The notes under the pieces are model-generated. The model did not search any database. It was not told the origin of the DNA and saw only the letters and a list, made by a program, of their open reading frames with translations. A DNA stretch of 64,000 nucleotides from Podarcis bocagei (Eukaryota), in the NCBI GenBank assembly GCA_964188305.1, contig OZ076888.1. The stretch is one strand, 5' to 3'. The position numbers and the translations under genes are program-made. Shown piece after piece: positions 62,836-64,000 of the stretch; position 1 is the stretch's first letter, and the number at the start of each line of letters is the position of its first letter.

Positions 62836-64000
62836 ATGGGAGTTGGGGGTTCAAAAGGGGAAAATACACCTCTTGAATGTATGTTAAATAATTTTAAGAA
62901 AGCCTTCTCAGGGGCATATGGAGTCAAAATGACGCCAGAGCACCTGAGAACGTTATGTGAATTAGAGTGGCCGAAGCAAAATACTGAATGGCCATCTCAA
63001 GGAACCTTTGATATAAATTTAGTAAGCAAACTTTGGTCTAACATCGCCAAAGAAATTGGAGGGTGCCCAGAACAATTTTCATATATAGATTCCTGGCTGA
63101 GCACATTAAATAAAAATCCTCCATGGATAAGGGAATGCAAAGTCCAACGATGCAAATTATTGGCTGTAAAAGCCGAAGCTAGGAAAGGAATCTTGCCAAA
63201 TAAACTCAAACCCATTTTTGAGGGACCAGAGGAAGAGCTGCTTCCACCTCCACCCTATGCTCCACATCGAAGGGAGCCTAATCCAAACACTCCACCAGTT
63301 GTAACCCCAAGGCAAGAAAGTGGAATGAATAATGGGGCTGGAGTCACAGAACTTGATTCCTTGATAGATTATGATAAATATCTTCAGGAGGCATTGGAGG
63401 CCTATAATAAAGCCCAAGCAGAAGTGGTTATTCCATCTGTGAGTCCCAGTAGAACTCCATCTACAGTCTCTTTTAGTGGAACAACTGATTGCCTACCCCA
63501 AACTCCTGTACATCCAAGTCCTAGAGAATTATTACAGAAGTTACAGGGAGACCTTGATCGGTCAGCAAGCAATACAGCCAGGCGTATAAGGCTGCTAAAA
63601 GAACGCCTTGGGACAAATACCATCCCCTATGATTTGAGGCCCCTAGAGCAAAGCGAAGAGAAAGGTCACGTAGTAGCCCCTCTTAGAAGGGTATTTGATG
63701 CACTTGAGGAGCCTGTGCTGGTTAACGGGCAACCCGGACCACGGCCACCTCGAACTTCGACCCTGCAATATATTCCATTCACGACTACAGATCTGATGAA
63801 TTGGAAAACACACACCCCATCTTTTGCAGAAAAACCTCAGGCTATGATGGACTTGGTGACTTCAATAATAAATACTCATAGTCCTACTTGGACAGATTGC
63901 CGCCAGCTCCTGAATACTCTGTTCACCACTGAGGAAAGGAGAGACATAATTGAAAAGGCACAGATATATTTGCGTGAGCAGGCCAGAGTGGGAAATATTT
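62836..64000 (+). CDS. gag: Class I (gammaretrovirus-like) Gag, 3'-partial, 388 uninterrupted codons
   Basis: Hand translation: MGVGGSKG (myristoylation signal, ACAATGG context); MA TPLECMLNNFKKAFSGAYGVKMTP..LRTLCELEWP; PPPPY late domain (63244-63258); CA start PLRR (63679); QYIPFTTTDLMNWK..PSF.EKP..THSPTWTDCRQLL.TLFTTEER, resembling MLV p30. Absent from the ORF track because there is no stop in the window. Confidence 0.96.
   Translation, partial: MGVGGSKGENTPLECMLNNFKKAFSGAYGVKMTPEHLRTLCELEWPKQNTEWPSQGTFDINLVSKLWSNIAKEIGGCPEQFSYIDSWLSTLNKNPPWIRECKVQRCKLLAVKAEARKGILPNKLKPIFEGPEEELLPPPPYAPHRREPNPNTPPVVTPRQESGMNNGAGVTELDSLIDYDKYLQEALEAYNKAQAEVVIPSVSPSRTPSTVSFSGTTDCLPQTPVHPSPRELLQKLQGDLDRSASNTARRIRLLKERLGTNTIPYDLRPLEQSEEKGHVVAPLRRVFDALEEPVLVNGQPGPRPPRTSTLQYIPFTTTDLMNWKTHTPSFAEKPQAMMDLVTSIINTHSPTWTDCRQLLNTLFTTEERRDIIEKAQIYLREQARVGNI

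Overview
This is vertebrate genomic DNA, not prokaryotic. The repeat complement (POM-type Sauria SINEs, Bov-B, squamate L2, hAT and Tigger MITEs) points to a lizard, probably a lacertid. The only host gene I can support is NYAP2 on the minus strand. Its first coding exon lies at 43307-43546, a probable promoter/5'UTR region with an RE1/NRSE-like site lies near 49.4-50.3 kb, and 1-43306 is apparently a single large intron. The remainder is a mosaic of mobile elements: (1) an uninterrupted L1-clade ORF2 with 3'UTR and poly(A) at the left edge; (2) a complete 2.1-kb non-autonomous half-L1-like retroelement (5'UTR, ORF1-like gene, only the last ~30 codons of ORF2, 17-bp TSD), plus a diverged truncated relative; (3) the 5' end of an apparently young class I (gamma-like) endogenous retrovirus (LTR, perfect tRNA-His PBS, open gag missed by the ORF track); (4) a Penelope-type inverted insertion carrying a minimal hammerhead ribozyme; (5) an RTE-like 5'UTR fragment that folds into an HDV-like ribozyme with an unusual hairpin inserted in L3. 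Most short ORFs in the track are spurious. Family names come from recognition and were not checked by database search.
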